DNA of 64,000 bases from a virus (lineage: Duplodnaviria > Caudoviricetes), in IMG/VR virus record IMGVR_UViG_3300042940_001591; one strand, given 5' to 3'. Each line of letters opens with the position of its first letter. Position 1 is the first letter of the stretch. Below are positions 1 through 10,299 of the stretch, piece after piece. A model generated the notes under the pieces. That model did no database searches and had not been told where the DNA came from. It saw only the letters and a list, made by a program, of their open reading frames with translations. A program made the translations under genes and the position numbers.

Positions 1-387
1 AGATGCTTCTTCGTCTTCTGATTCTGAATCTGTAGGTAATTCATCATCACCCATTTCTGAGTCTAATGAGTCGATACCTTTCATAGGATCTTCGTTATCG
101 AGGTCTGTTGCGTCATTTTCAGCATCATCAGCTTCAGCATCATCTGCTGTTGCTTCATCGTCTGACATATCATCTGCCTCTTCGTCAGGATTAACTTCGT
201 CCTCAGGTTGCTCAGCGGCAATCATAGGGTTTTCAGTTTCTTCCTCTTCTTCCAATGATTCTTTAAGCAAGTCATTCAGTTCTTGTTTCATAGTTGAAGC
301 AAGTATACCCTTTGCATTTTGCTTTACGGCTTCTTCAAGTGTTTGTACTTGAAGTAACGCTTGTTCTAAAATTGATTTTTCAGTCAT
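1..387 (-). CDS. Prohead scaffold/core-like acidic protein (runs off the window edge)
   Basis: Manual translation from ATG at 387: MTEKSILEQALLQVQTLEEAVKQNAKGILASTMKQELNDLLKESLEEEEE..., then a D/E-rich tract; open to position 1; directly downstream of the prohead protease. Confidence 0.7.
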   Translation of the reverse strand, partial: MTEKSILEQALLQVQTLEEAVKQNAKGILASTMKQELNDLLKESLEEEEETENPMIAAEQPEDEVNPDEEADDMSDDEATADDAEADDAENDATDLDNEDPMKGIDSLDSEMGDDELPTDSESEDEEAS

Positions 388-472
388 TGTGAAATTTTGT
401 TTTATTATCTTATAAATAGTACGTTTTTATGAAAAATTCTCTTTTTCGATATAACTACCCCTATAAAATTTA

Positions 473-1156
473 TTATTTAGATAAAAAAGTATCTAAATTT
501 CCCATTAATTTTTTCATTCTATCCTCAACTTGGGGTTTTTTCTCTTCAGACTCTTGATATTGGTCTCTTTCAGATTGGTCCGCAAAAACATACGCACCTG
601 GAGTTGATGGTGATGATACTAAATCAAAACACACTAACTCGAAGTCCTCCTGAACAATATTTTGTCCTTTTACATTTTTAAGTGAACCAACACCACGAGA
701 AGATATACCTAAAGTTGCTCCGTTCATAATTAACATTGCAGCTTGGTCTCCTCTAGTAGATACAATACCCATCTTTCTCCAACCTGGAGAAGTGAATAAT
801 TTAATTTTACCCATTAGGATTTTACCGTCCCACCATGTTTCAAGAATTGAATGGGATACTCTATCTAAGTCGATAAGTGAAGATGAGGGATGGTTTAATT
901 CATTAAGTGCTCCACCCTTTTTGATAAGTGATTGATATTTCTCGTTTTCTCTCTTAAGTAACATCTCAGGATAAATCCTTCCATTCTTATTTGCAGTGTC
1001 GTATTTTTGCAAAACGGCATAAAGGATAAGGTCTTGTGAAAAGTCCATATCCTTCGCCTCTTTAATAATTTGTTTGTTATCCTCTGGTGAAACGTGACCA
1101 GCATCGTACTCTATTAAAATTCCGTGCCCCGTCTCTTTTGGTCCTAATATCTTCAT
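473..1156 (-). CDS. Prohead core protease, T4 gp21-like
   Basis: Motifs ELNHP, LGISSRGVGSL, DFELVCFDLVSSPSTPGAY; located in the head gene cluster. Confidence 0.93.
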   Translation of the reverse strand: MKILGPKETGHGILIEYDAGHVSPEDNKQIIKEAKDMDFSQDLILYAVLQKYDTANKNGRIYPEMLLKRENEKYQSLIKKGGALNELNHPSSSLIDLDRVSHSILETWWDGKILMGKIKLFTSPGWRKMGIVSTRGDQAAMLIMNGATLGISSRGVGSLKNVKGQNIVQEDFELVCFDLVSSPSTPGAYVFADQSERDQYQESEEKKPQVEDRMKKLMGNLDTFLSK

Positions 1157-1194
1157 TTATAGATTTTATTACTATAAATACATCAAGAACCAAG

Positions 1195-1620
1195 TTATTT
1201 CTTGCTTTTGTGAAAATTGAACAGTTTTTTATCAATTAAACCGTCATTAACAACATCTACCAATAAATTTTTAATTGTATTTTTAATTTCTTTTGATTTA
1301 ACATCAAATTGTTTCTCAACATATAAAGTTATTTCGAGGTTCATGAATGACCTTTTTTCTAACTTAATACCTTTTGTTCTTATATCTAAATCAACAATAC
1401 ATTGGTCTTTAAAATTTGAATCTTTAAGATTGTATATTGATTCTTTTATTTTTCTTCTTGTCTTTGAAATGGTTTGATTATAATCTTCAGTATCATTTTC
1501 TGGTTGTACCCATGCATTCAATTTCAAATAAACGGTTTTAAGATTTTTAAAATCTACGGTACCATAACCGATTTTTACATTGTTGTAAGTCCCTAATGGG
1601 ATATACTTACCTGTTTTCAT
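1195..1620 (-). CDS. Hypothetical protein
   Basis: 141-aa ORF in the head cluster; no motif recognised. Confidence 0.7.
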   Translation of the reverse strand: MKTGKYIPLGTYNNVKIGYGTVDFKNLKTVYLKLNAWVQPENDTEDYNQTISKTRRKIKESIYNLKDSNFKDQCIVDLDIRTKGIKLEKRSFMNLEITLYVEKQFDVKSKEIKNTIKNLLVDVVNDGLIDKKLFNFHKSKK

Positions 1621-1701
1621 TAATTTCTCATTATTATATATTATTTTATGGTGTTATCTAAAAAATAAGAAAAAAAACTTACAAAACCAAAAATAATTTT
1701 A

Positions 1702-1709
1702 TATATTTG
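1702..1709 (+). promoter_or_regulatory. Bacteroidetes -7 promoter element (TAnnTTTG) for bS21
   Basis: TATATTTG ending 19 nt before the ATG at 1728. Confidence 0.7.
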
Positions 1710-1727
1710 TAGTATACTTATTATATT

Positions 1728-1919
1728 ATGATTATTATCGATTTAACAAAAGAAAAAAGTATTGAAAGTGCACTTAGAACCTATAAACAAAAGGTTCAAA
1801 AAACTAAGCAAATTCAAAAATTGAGGGAAAGACAACAATTTGAAAAACCTTCAGTTACTAGAAGAAAAGAAGTTTTAAAAGCTGTGTATGTTCAACAAAT
1901 AAAAAATGGTCTTAGTTAA
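1728..1919 (+). CDS. rpsU: 30S ribosomal protein bS21
   Basis: 63-aa basic protein with IESALRTYK, LRERQQFEKPSVTRR and KAVY; matches the Bacteroidetes S21 pattern. Confidence 0.92.
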   Translation: MIIIDLTKEKSIESALRTYKQKVQKTKQIQKLRERQQFEKPSVTRRKEVLKAVYVQQIKNGLS

Positions 1920-2658
1920 GACCATTTTTTAATTCTGTTAATCTGTAGTAGTTGTACTTAGATGTTGTCATTTGACTAACTTCATCTTTTACTTTATTTA
2001 GTTTAGTGGTTAAATCAGAGTCGTTTGATTCACTTAAAAGTGTAGATACCTGATTAATAATTGATTCTTGTAATTCATTACTTTTAGTTACTAAATCATC
2101 ATAAGAAATTGATAAGATATTTTTTAATTCTTCTTTTTGTGATTCTGATAATGTGTTAGAATATAATACGTTAAAATTGTTTGCTAATACCGCTTGTAGT
2201 AATGTTTCGTTAGGAACAATAGTTGAATCTTTAGATTCTTTGATTTCCTTTTTAGTTGTTAAATGTTCTACTAATTTCTTTTTTGCAATAACTTTCTTTT
2301 CAATATTTGATAATGAATCTTTTTCTGATAACATATCTAAAGATTCGTATAATTCTTTGGTTTCGATTTCAATCTCACCCAACTTAGTATTTAAAGATTC
2401 ACAAAACATATTTAAACTACTCCAATTACCTATTGGTTGACCAAAATATGTATTTAATCCTTCAACATATAACTTCGCAGTTTCTTTATCTTCAATGTAT
2501 TTGTTTTCAATTTCTTCATAAAACAAATACATTTCTTTAAAGTCTTTGTTTTCTTTGATTGTGTTTAATAAATCTTTAACTTCTTTCTTATTCTCTTTAG
2601 CGTAAGATTCAGTTAATTTCGTCAACATTTTGGTTTTTATAACCCCGAATTTGTTCAT
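1912..2658 (-). CDS. Hypothetical helical protein
   Basis: 248-aa ORF abutting the portal gene. Confidence 0.75.
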   Translation of the reverse strand: MNKFGVIKTKMLTKLTESYAKENKKEVKDLLNTIKENKDFKEMYLFYEEIENKYIEDKETAKLYVEGLNTYFGQPIGNWSSLNMFCESLNTKLGEIEIETKELYESLDMLSEKDSLSNIEKKVIAKKKLVEHLTTKKEIKESKDSTIVPNETLLQAVLANNFNVLYSNTLSESQKEELKNILSISYDDLVTKSNELQESIINQVSTLLSESNDSDLTTKLNKVKDEVSQMTTSKYNYYRLTELKNGLN

Positions 2659-2660
2659 TT

Positions 2661-4496
2661 TTAATCGTTTATAATATCGTTCAATTTATTTTCTATTTCA
2701 TAAATATTCTGTTGAGCTCTTTCCATATCAAATAAAACATTTTTTCCTTCTTTTTCTTCTCCCAACATACTTAATATCTTTGATTTTTTAGATTTAGTAA
2801 AAGATTCACTCAATGGAGCTTCTCCCTCACCTCCCGATGGAGGGGTTGCGGGTGCTCCACCCATATCCATTGCTCCTGCACCAGCAGTATCACCACCCAT
2901 TGCACCTGCAGCTTCTAATTTTTGTCTTTCTTCTTCAGAAATACCATACTTAGAATCCACGTCGTCAAATACGCCAGAACGTTTAATTATGTTTTGTGTA
3001 TTTGTCAATTCAAATCCCATTGCTCTTTCAAGTCTTTGTTGTTGTAAATCTAAAATAACCTCTGAGTCACTCATACCAAGAATATTCTTTTTAGCCCACG
3101 TGTGAGATACTGGTAAAATACCGACTTGTGATTGGTCAGATGTTGCGTCTTTATAAAGTGTAATCTTTTCTTTCCACTGTTCTATTTTTAATAAATCAGA
3201 TTGTGCTGAAGGATTAGTTAACGATAAAGAAAAATTATCTAACTCATCTTCTAAACCTAAAAGATATAAATGTACTAATGCAATTTTATTTAATTCTTGA
3301 ATAATAGATTTTTGAATTCTATTAATCGTTCTCGCAAAACGAATATCCATTAATGCTAAACTCTTACCTTCACCAACAACTTCTTCAAATCCTAAGAATG
3401 CCTTTGGAATACGTAACGCCGCTAATAACTTCTTTTGAATATATTCGATATCTGCAATTTCACCTAAATTTTGAGCCCCCGGCAATGTTTCAATTGGATT
3501 GCTTTGTGCTGGATCACGAACAGGAATGAAATAATCTTGGTCTACCGCCATTTGATTATATCTCATATCTACATTACCATTACGTGGATCTGAAACTTGG
3601 TCTCTTTTAAATTTATTAGCAACACGTTGTACATAAGGTTCAATATCCTTATCATCCATGTTACCAACGAATACTTTGAATACACGTCTTTCAGGTGCTC
3701 TTGATGTTCTGTAAATTAACATTGCATCTTCCGCAAGAAGTAATTGTTTCCAAATTCTTCTAATCTTGTCTAACATAGAAGTTCCATAAGGAAGTTTTCT
3801 ATCATCACCTAATAATCTAAAGTGTGCAATCTCCCATGCTTGAAATTCTAAATCTTTATTCTTCCAAGTAAATCTTAACTCTCTTGTTGGAACTTTAATA
3901 TCAGTATATGAGTTCGGTGTTTTAGATGCCGCACCCTCAATTCTTTCAATTTCAATATTTGGTAACTGTTGACAACCAACAACTCCCTTCTCAGGGTCTA
4001 TTTTTAAATAAACAAAATCGTCACCATACTTACAAAGACCTCTTGTCCACATTTGTAAGTTAGTGTTAACATCTAATTTGTTATTAAATAAATCATCTAA
4101 TATATTTTTAACTCTATCTGAATCTGAAAATATTGTTAATATTTGTCCTTTCTCAGACATTGTTGTTGATTCTTCAGCATAAATGTCTAACGCCGCAGAT
4201 ATTTCGGGAGTAAACTCCATAGATTCATAATCGTAATATGCTGATAACCTATTTGGTTCGTAATAAACAGATTGATTGTAAAGTGATTGGTCTAATTTAG
4301 TCCACTTATCTGCAATGTATTGACTCTGTTGAGCTTGTAACATTGCCTTTTCATATTCTTCTCTACTATCCGTTTTTAATATTTCATCTTTGTTGAAATT
4401 AAACGAAGGTGGTGCAACATTTTTTTGTTTTGCTTGATTTGGGTAACCAAACACCTTTGTTAATCTCTGAAAGACGGTAAGATTCTGTTCTGCCAT
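2661..4496 (-). CDS. Portal protein, T4 gp20-like
   Basis: PEISAALDIYAEES, YGTSMLDKIRRIWKQLLLAEDAMLIYRTSRAPERRVF, DYFIPVR, IETLPGAQNLGEIADIEY. Confidence 0.95.
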   Translation of the reverse strand: MAEQNLTVFQRLTKVFGYPNQAKQKNVAPPSFNFNKDEILKTDSREEYEKAMLQAQQSQYIADKWTKLDQSLYNQSVYYEPNRLSAYYDYESMEFTPEISAALDIYAEESTTMSEKGQILTIFSDSDRVKNILDDLFNNKLDVNTNLQMWTRGLCKYGDDFVYLKIDPEKGVVGCQQLPNIEIERIEGAASKTPNSYTDIKVPTRELRFTWKNKDLEFQAWEIAHFRLLGDDRKLPYGTSMLDKIRRIWKQLLLAEDAMLIYRTSRAPERRVFKVFVGNMDDKDIEPYVQRVANKFKRDQVSDPRNGNVDMRYNQMAVDQDYFIPVRDPAQSNPIETLPGAQNLGEIADIEYIQKKLLAALRIPKAFLGFEEVVGEGKSLALMDIRFARTINRIQKSIIQELNKIALVHLYLLGLEDELDNFSLSLTNPSAQSDLLKIEQWKEKITLYKDATSDQSQVGILPVSHTWAKKNILGMSDSEVILDLQQQRLERAMGFELTNTQNIIKRSGVFDDVDSKYGISEEERQKLEAAGAMGGDTAGAGAMDMGGAPATPPSGGEGEAPLSESFTKSKKSKILSMLGEEKEGKNVLFDMERAQQNIYEIENKLNDIIND

Positions 4497-4549
4497 GTAT
4501 ATAAATACTTTTCTTTACAATATAAACTAAATTATTGATAAATGGAATC

Positions 4550-6325
4550 TTATTTTGATTTACCAAATAACCACATATGTTCTCTATATGCGTCCTTTGA
4601 TACATTCATATTATTATTTGGGTGATATAAATTTTGATTATCAATCCCCATAGAACCAATTTGGTCAAATGCAGTACCGTAAGAATAAAACGATTTATTG
4701 GGTTCATACGATCTTTCTGACATCGTCCAAGACTCCAACATTGCTTTATTTGCGTTTTCGTTCTTTTGTAATTGATTGAAACACATATCGGCAGCATATA
4801 ACGCCATTGACATACTCATAATTGCATCATCGTGAGCACCTTTCATGTGGTCGGGTCTACCATTTATATAAACAAACGTATTAAGTTCATTTAATAACCT
4901 ACTTGACCTAACTAAAAACCCCTTTCTTAATTGTTCCTCGAAAGCAGCAACTATTTGAGTTCTTTTATTGTTAAAATTTATACCGGGGATTTTATCCATG
5001 GCCTTTTTATTCCACTCCCATATATTTTGAGTGTTTATCCCATCGATGTATAGATTTTTATATTGCATCTCTTGTAACTTCCTAGACGTTGCAACACCCA
5101 TACCCCCTGTAATATCAATAACAATATATGCCTCATACAAAACACCCCATTTATATGCAACTGCAGCCAAATCATCAGGAGGTATTTTTCCAATGTATTC
5201 TGCAACCTGTTCCCTTTCATCAAAGTCGATAATATTAATTGAGGAGAAGTCTTCACTATCACCTCTACTAACATCTACACCCATAATGTAACGATGTCCC
5301 TGAACAGGTTCCTTCCAATGCCAAAATGTACCCTGCATATATTTTTCTTTAGGTACACGTATCATATTCTTAGCAATGTTCTCTTGAATATCACCCGGAA
5401 TAACACCATCACCCGAACCTAAGAAATCGCATTCCAATTCCTGAGCAATCTTACGTCTATCATATTTAAATTTCTTAGACATTGATTCAAACCAAGAAGA
5501 GAACGGTTTATATCCTTGTTCAATATATTCATTATAATTCTCTGGATTAAAATCCTTCATTACAACTTCATCATCATTATATTGTTCTCTATTCAACATG
5601 TAATGACAAATGTCTTGACACTTAACCCAATGTAAATCTTTGGTATAACGAGGGTCTTTAAACCACCTTAAATCTGTTATATGGAAATCATTGATTCCAC
5701 GTAATGCTTGGTCATAAACACCGTAATAGATAGGGTCATAACCATTTGGGGTTGAGATAAGAATAATCTTACCACCCGTTGATAGGGACGCCATAGATGC
5801 CGCCCAAAAATCCTCACCCGCTTCAATATAAGCCGCCTCATCAAATACAAGTATAGTTGGTGTATAACCACGTAAGGCATCTGCAGATGTTGCTACCGCC
5901 TTAACCTCACACCCATTGTTTAATCTAAATCTACTTTCTGAGTTCTTATCGGGTGAGAACCCAACATTAATCCATTCAGGCCATTGCTCAATAAAATTTC
6001 TAACTTTATTGGCCATTTCCACCGCAGTGTCACGTTTGTTTGCAATAAGAAGAACCCTTTCTGGTTCATTTTCCTTTGCGGTTTGTAATTTCTTAGAAAT
6101 CCAAGCGGCAGTTACCGTAGTAACACCAGCCTGTCTATATTTTCTAGTTATGTTTTCATTATAATTTTCATAATCCTGAATTAATTGAATTTGGTCAGGA
6201 AACAACTCTAATGGAACATATTTTTTTTGAGTATTGTCATAGGTTTGCAAATATGTTTTTAACGCATATGGTGCATCCTTTATAATTTTCGCATACTCCT
6301 TTAGTTGTTCTATTTTGGAATTCAT
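4550..6325 (-). CDS. terL: Terminase large subunit, gp17-like
   Basis: RQAGVTT (Walker A-like), LVFDEAAY (Walker B), ISTPNG, QELECDF, GVDVSRG and HDDAIMS nuclease motifs. Confidence 0.95.
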   Translation of the reverse strand: MNSKIEQLKEYAKIIKDAPYALKTYLQTYDNTQKKYVPLELFPDQIQLIQDYENYNENITRKYRQAGVTTVTAAWISKKLQTAKENEPERVLLIANKRDTAVEMANKVRNFIEQWPEWINVGFSPDKNSESRFRLNNGCEVKAVATSADALRGYTPTILVFDEAAYIEAGEDFWAASMASLSTGGKIILISTPNGYDPIYYGVYDQALRGINDFHITDLRWFKDPRYTKDLHWVKCQDICHYMLNREQYNDDEVVMKDFNPENYNEYIEQGYKPFSSWFESMSKKFKYDRRKIAQELECDFLGSGDGVIPGDIQENIAKNMIRVPKEKYMQGTFWHWKEPVQGHRYIMGVDVSRGDSEDFSSINIIDFDEREQVAEYIGKIPPDDLAAVAYKWGVLYEAYIVIDITGGMGVATSRKLQEMQYKNLYIDGINTQNIWEWNKKAMDKIPGINFNNKRTQIVAAFEEQLRKGFLVRSSRLLNELNTFVYINGRPDHMKGAHDDAIMSMSMALYAADMCFNQLQKNENANKAMLESWTMSERSYEPNKSFYSYGTAFDQIGSMGIDNQNLYHPNNNMNVSKDAYREHMWLFGKSK

Positions 6326-6341
6326 ATATATAAATACAAAA

Positions 6342-6363
6342 AAAGGGAGTTAAACTCCCTTTC
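6342..6363. terminator. Bidirectional intrinsic terminator
   Basis: AAAGGGAGTT-AA-ACTCCCTTT inverted repeat between the 6366 ORF and terL. Confidence 0.65.
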
Positions 6364-6365
6364 TA

Positions 6366-7865
6366 TTAATCTTTAGGTCTGTCTAACCCCAATTCTTTAT
6401 AAATGTCAAAATCGTCATCATCGTCATCGTCATCGTCATTTGATAACGAAATACCTGGTATACCTAATATAAAATCTTTTAAATCGTCCGGTTCAGTCTC
6501 GTCTGACATTGTTTCCAATTCGTCGTTAAATTGATTTAAAGATTCTTCATAATCTTGTTGGTTAAACATTTGTTGAATTGACGCCATTAAATCTGTCATT
6601 AAACGTTTTCCGTTTTCACTATTACTAACAACTTCTTTCATTAAAACTAAGAACTGTTTAGCTGGTAGTTGGAAGATGTGCATTAACATGTAATTCTGTA
6701 ATTGCTTACCATTTTCCAAAATTACCTCGTCTGGAAACTGTCCTCTAATTCTATCCCAAATTGCAGGTCCCAAAAGTAATGTCCACATTTCTTTTTCTAA
6801 TGTACTTTCTAACTTTTGAGCTTGTTGATACATTGCCCTATCTTGTGGATTTGTGTATTCTCCCGGTTGTCCGTGACTACCTAATATTTCAAAAACACCT
6901 TTTATTAATTCATGTATTAAAACTGGAAAATTAATTCCTCTCGCAATCACTTTAACTTTTTGTTCTTCTTGTTCTTCACCACCTTCTTCTCCCTCATCAC
7001 CGGTTTCACCTGTCTCATCATCACCAGGAAATTCCATTTTAACTTTACCAGCAACACTATCAGAAGCCCCTTTAATCATTGCAGGACTAAATTGCCAATA
7101 GTTTGCATCGTTAACCGACATCATCACTCCATAGTCATTATATAATTCATCAGAACCTGTAATTTCTCTAAGTTTCTCACCAACAAGTTGGTACATATAA
7201 TGACCTCTTTTTGACGCTCCTTGGATAATACTATTAATTAAAGTTAATTTCGCTCTCTCTAAATCTAATTGTTTTAAATCAATATATAATTCTTCTTCAA
7301 CTTCTTGATTTTCGGGATTAACTTGAGGTTGTTCTTGGTTATTTTCCTCATCGTCTTCCTCATCTTCAACATCAACTTCATCTGGATTTTGTTCAGGACC
7401 TTGTTCTCTATTGAAATCACTCGTATCGATTTGATTCATACCAACGATTTTTGCATCAAACTCAACCTCCTCACCAATACCCATTTCTTCTTTTACAATT
7501 TCAATTGCTAATTGTTCTAAAGCCTCTTTATGTGTATTTTCAAGTCTTATGATGTTGTTATGTGCAGTATACATCATTGTTAATAATGGACCCATTTCAG
7601 TACCGTTTAATGTACCTTGATAGTTTGTATATTGTCTAACATTATTTACAATTTGTCTATATCTTTCGGAAGCCAAAAGTTCTTGGAAATTTTGGTTAGG
7701 TTCGTTTCCTGTTTTAGGAAAAGGTATTTTTTTTAAGGGTGTATCTCCTGAAGCCAATTTAGATTGTAAATCGGGATTTGGTCTATCAGCAGTATCAAAA
7801 TCCATTGCCATCTCACTTAAATTTTCGTTAATTAAAGATAACAAAATTTTCTTAGATAATTTCAT
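6366..7865 (-). CDS. Hypothetical acidic protein, probably virion/head-associated
   Basis: 499-aa ORF with D/E tracts in the late cluster. Confidence 0.7.
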   Translation of the reverse strand: MKLSKKILLSLINENLSEMAMDFDTADRPNPDLQSKLASGDTPLKKIPFPKTGNEPNQNFQELLASERYRQIVNNVRQYTNYQGTLNGTEMGPLLTMMYTAHNNIIRLENTHKEALEQLAIEIVKEEMGIGEEVEFDAKIVGMNQIDTSDFNREQGPEQNPDEVDVEDEEDDEENNQEQPQVNPENQEVEEELYIDLKQLDLERAKLTLINSIIQGASKRGHYMYQLVGEKLREITGSDELYNDYGVMMSVNDANYWQFSPAMIKGASDSVAGKVKMEFPGDDETGETGDEGEEGGEEQEEQKVKVIARGINFPVLIHELIKGVFEILGSHGQPGEYTNPQDRAMYQQAQKLESTLEKEMWTLLLGPAIWDRIRGQFPDEVILENGKQLQNYMLMHIFQLPAKQFLVLMKEVVSNSENGKRLMTDLMASIQQMFNQQDYEESLNQFNDELETMSDETEPDDLKDFILGIPGISLSNDDDDDDDDDFDIYKELGLDRPKD

Positions 7866-7874
7866 ATTTGTAAA

Positions 7875-8822
7875 TTATTTTTTATCTCCCTTAGTTGTTG
7901 CTTTAGGGTTAGGATTAACTTTAGGTCCGGGTTGAAACGGAGTTTTAGGTTTATTTGGTTTAGTACCAGGATTAACCTTTGGTTTACTCGGTGCAATTTT
8001 AGGGTTGTTCTCATCCAACGATTTAGAATTTACTTTTGATTTTGGTTGGAATGGAGTTTTAGGTTTGTCAGGTAAGTAAGGGTTATCACGCTTAGGTTTA
8101 CTTGGAGTGATTTTAGAATCGTCCTCACTTAATGCTTTAGGATTAGGGTTTACCTTTGGTCCAGGTTGAAATGGTGTTTTAGGTTTGTTAGGTTTTGTAC
8201 CTGGATCAACTTTAGGTTTACTCGGTGCAATTTTTGGTCCATTACTCACAATTGCATCATATGTCATAAATTCTGGTAAACCATTGTGTCCAGTTTTAAC
8301 ATTTGGACCGTACTCATGTACTTCTGATTCGTTTAATTTAACATTGATTAATTCCATAATTTCATTTTTTGATGTAAAACTATGAAAACTTTCTTCCGCC
8401 AATGTATTAATCCATTTTTTTATTTCTTTAGATTCATCCATATGTGTATGGTCACATTTACAATCCTTTATAGATTCTCCACAACTATCACATTTCTTAC
8501 CCTCTTTAACTTCTTTTTTCTGACCTCTTAATATTTTAAAATCTTGACCATCAATTTTACCATTGTGGTTCTTATCTAATTTCTTTTGATTACCTTTTAA
8601 TTCTTCAGAAACTTCTCCTTCTTCACCAACAAGTTTAATGTCTTGTTTTTTTGCTAAATTTTGTAATGCGGCACTTTTAGATAATGCATCTGCGGTAGTT
8701 GTGATAGCTTCACCTATCATTCTTTCAGCTAAGTTGTTAAGTTGTTTATCAGTAAATTTTACTAATGTCTTTTCTGACATACCTTCTTTGATTAATTTAT
8801 CAACTAATTCTGACCTTTTCAT
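7875..8822 (-). CDS. Pro/Lys-repeat protein with an EF-hand-like loop
   Basis: LDKNHNGKIDGQDF loop; three ~39-aa Pro/Lys-rich units at the C-terminus. Confidence 0.75.
   Translation of the reverse strand: MKRSELVDKLIKEGMSEKTLVKFTDKQLNNLAERMIGEAITTTADALSKSAALQNLAKKQDIKLVGEEGEVSEELKGNQKKLDKNHNGKIDGQDFKILRGQKKEVKEGKKCDSCGESIKDCKCDHTHMDESKEIKKWINTLAEESFHSFTSKNEIMELINVKLNESEVHEYGPNVKTGHNGLPEFMTYDAIVSNGPKIAPSKPKVDPGTKPNKPKTPFQPGPKVNPNPKALSEDDSKITPSKPKRDNPYLPDKPKTPFQPKSKVNSKSLDENNPKIAPSKPKVNPGTKPNKPKTPFQPGPKVNPNPKATTKGDKK
7899..8237 (-). repeat. In-frame tandem repeat with a 117-nt period
   Basis: 8133-8237 and 7899-8003 both encode PKIAPSKPKV(D/N)PGTKPNKPKTPFQPGPKVNPNPKA; a degenerate copy lies between them. 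Confidence 0.9.
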
Positions 8823-9220
8823 ATTTCTTTGAATTTAATTTCCTCTTTTATAAGAAGATAACTTCTTATTTTTAATTTTTTTGTTACACTATCAATCGAC
8901 TCCCCAAATTTAAAGGTTAACCTTTCACTATCCGAATCCATATCAAATTTTTCCCAAGCCATCGCAACCACCCCATCTACAGCATCAATAACTCCGAAAT
9001 AATCGGAGTCTTGAACTAATTCTAATTGTAAGTCTGTATTTTTTAATAACCCAACTAAATCAACGTATTCCATTTCTGGAGATTTAGGTTGTGAGGATGC
9101 GGATGCTGGTATAATAAACCACTCATCCATGTCAATTTCAGTACTTTTACTAAAGATAAATTCGTACTGTTTTTGTCCTTTATAATCAGAACCTATTTCA
9201 TTAACATAGATAAGATGCAT
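8819..9220 (-). CDS. Hypothetical protein
   Basis: 133-aa ORF overlapping the next gene's start. Confidence 0.7.
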   Translation of the reverse strand: MHLIYVNEIGSDYKGQKQYEFIFSKSTEIDMDEWFIIPASASSQPKSPEMEYVDLVGLLKNTDLQLELVQDSDYFGVIDAVDGVVAMAWEKFDMDSDSERLTFKFGESIDSVTKKLKIRSYLLIKEEIKFKEI

Positions 9221-9221
9221 T

Positions 9222-10229
9222 TTATTTAAAGTATTTACTTAATTTTTCGCTAATTGCCTGATTAATATCGTTTTTAATTTCGTCTAAATCAAGTTCTTGA
9301 ACATCGTCCTCATAAGATTGTCCCTCACTTGCTTCAATGTCAGCAAATTTACTTAAATCTAATTCGTTTGTATCTTCCTCACCAATTGGTGATTCTATAA
9401 AACTATTTAATAAATCCATAGTTTCACCTAAGTCCTCATCACCAGTTACTGGTTCTTCAGCAGGTACCTCATCTTCTGCAGATGGTTCTGTAATTGGTTC
9501 TTCTCCACCCATCTCTTCTTCCTCTCTTTCAAATTTCTTAGCAATGTCCTCAATATCTTCATCGTCTAATTTATCCAAATCAACAGCAGAAATAATCATG
9601 TTTAAAATGTATTTGATGTCATCACTTTCCATTTTATCCTGTAAATCTCTTAGTTCTTGACCTAATTTACCAGCAAACTTCTGAGCTTCCGCCATATAAT
9701 CTGAGCGTTTCCCTTCACCACCCATTTCTTCACCACCTGATGGAGGTAATTCACCCATTGGTTCTTCTGCTGGTACATCCCCCATTGGCTCTTCGGCCGC
9801 AGGTGGAACACCCATACCAGCGTCAGGTGCTACGGGTGCTGCAGGTGCATCCATAGAAGGTTCCGCTAAAGGAGACTCTTCTTGTGGTTTTGTTTGCTTT
9901 AAAACATATTTTGTTGCTTCTTGTAAATCTTCTTGACCCTTTAAAAGGTCTAATCTTTTAAATGCCTCAGCATAAGACGAAAATTTATTTTTATTTTTCA
10001 TAAACATACCACCAATGTAGTCAAGAGAACTTTCGTTTAATCCCCTTTTTACATAGTATCCGTCTTTTTCTTTAACGATACCATAAACACCCCCATTAGT
10101 TGACTCCTTCACTATTTCGGATTTTTTAGTTGATGATTGGTTATTGTTGTAGTAGGTTAACTCGAGAATTCTCTTTAATTTGTCATCTCCGTTAAGTTTT
10201 TCACTACCAAGTGGTTTTAAATCTGCCAT
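9222..10229 (-). CDS. Hypothetical acidic, Pro-rich late protein
   Basis: 335-aa ORF with upstream TATTTATA (10263-10270). Confidence 0.7.
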   Translation of the reverse strand: MADLKPLGSEKLNGDDKLKRILELTYYNNNQSSTKKSEIVKESTNGGVYGIVKEKDGYYVKRGLNESSLDYIGGMFMKNKNKFSSYAEAFKRLDLLKGQEDLQEATKYVLKQTKPQEESPLAEPSMDAPAAPVAPDAGMGVPPAAEEPMGDVPAEEPMGELPPSGGEEMGGEGKRSDYMAEAQKFAGKLGQELRDLQDKMESDDIKYILNMIISAVDLDKLDDEDIEDIAKKFEREEEEMGGEEPITEPSAEDEVPAEEPVTGDEDLGETMDLLNSFIESPIGEEDTNELDLSKFADIEASEGQSYEDDVQELDLDEIKNDINQAISEKLSKYFK

Positions 10230-10299
10230 TTTATTAATTGTTAGATATGCTTATTCTTATCCTATAAATACATTGATATAGGGAAAAAAATAAGGTTCT

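Noticed and set aside
4550-6325. Intein or intron in the terminase or portal
   Set aside because: Both ORFs are continuous and of ordinary length, with no splice or LAGLIDADG motifs
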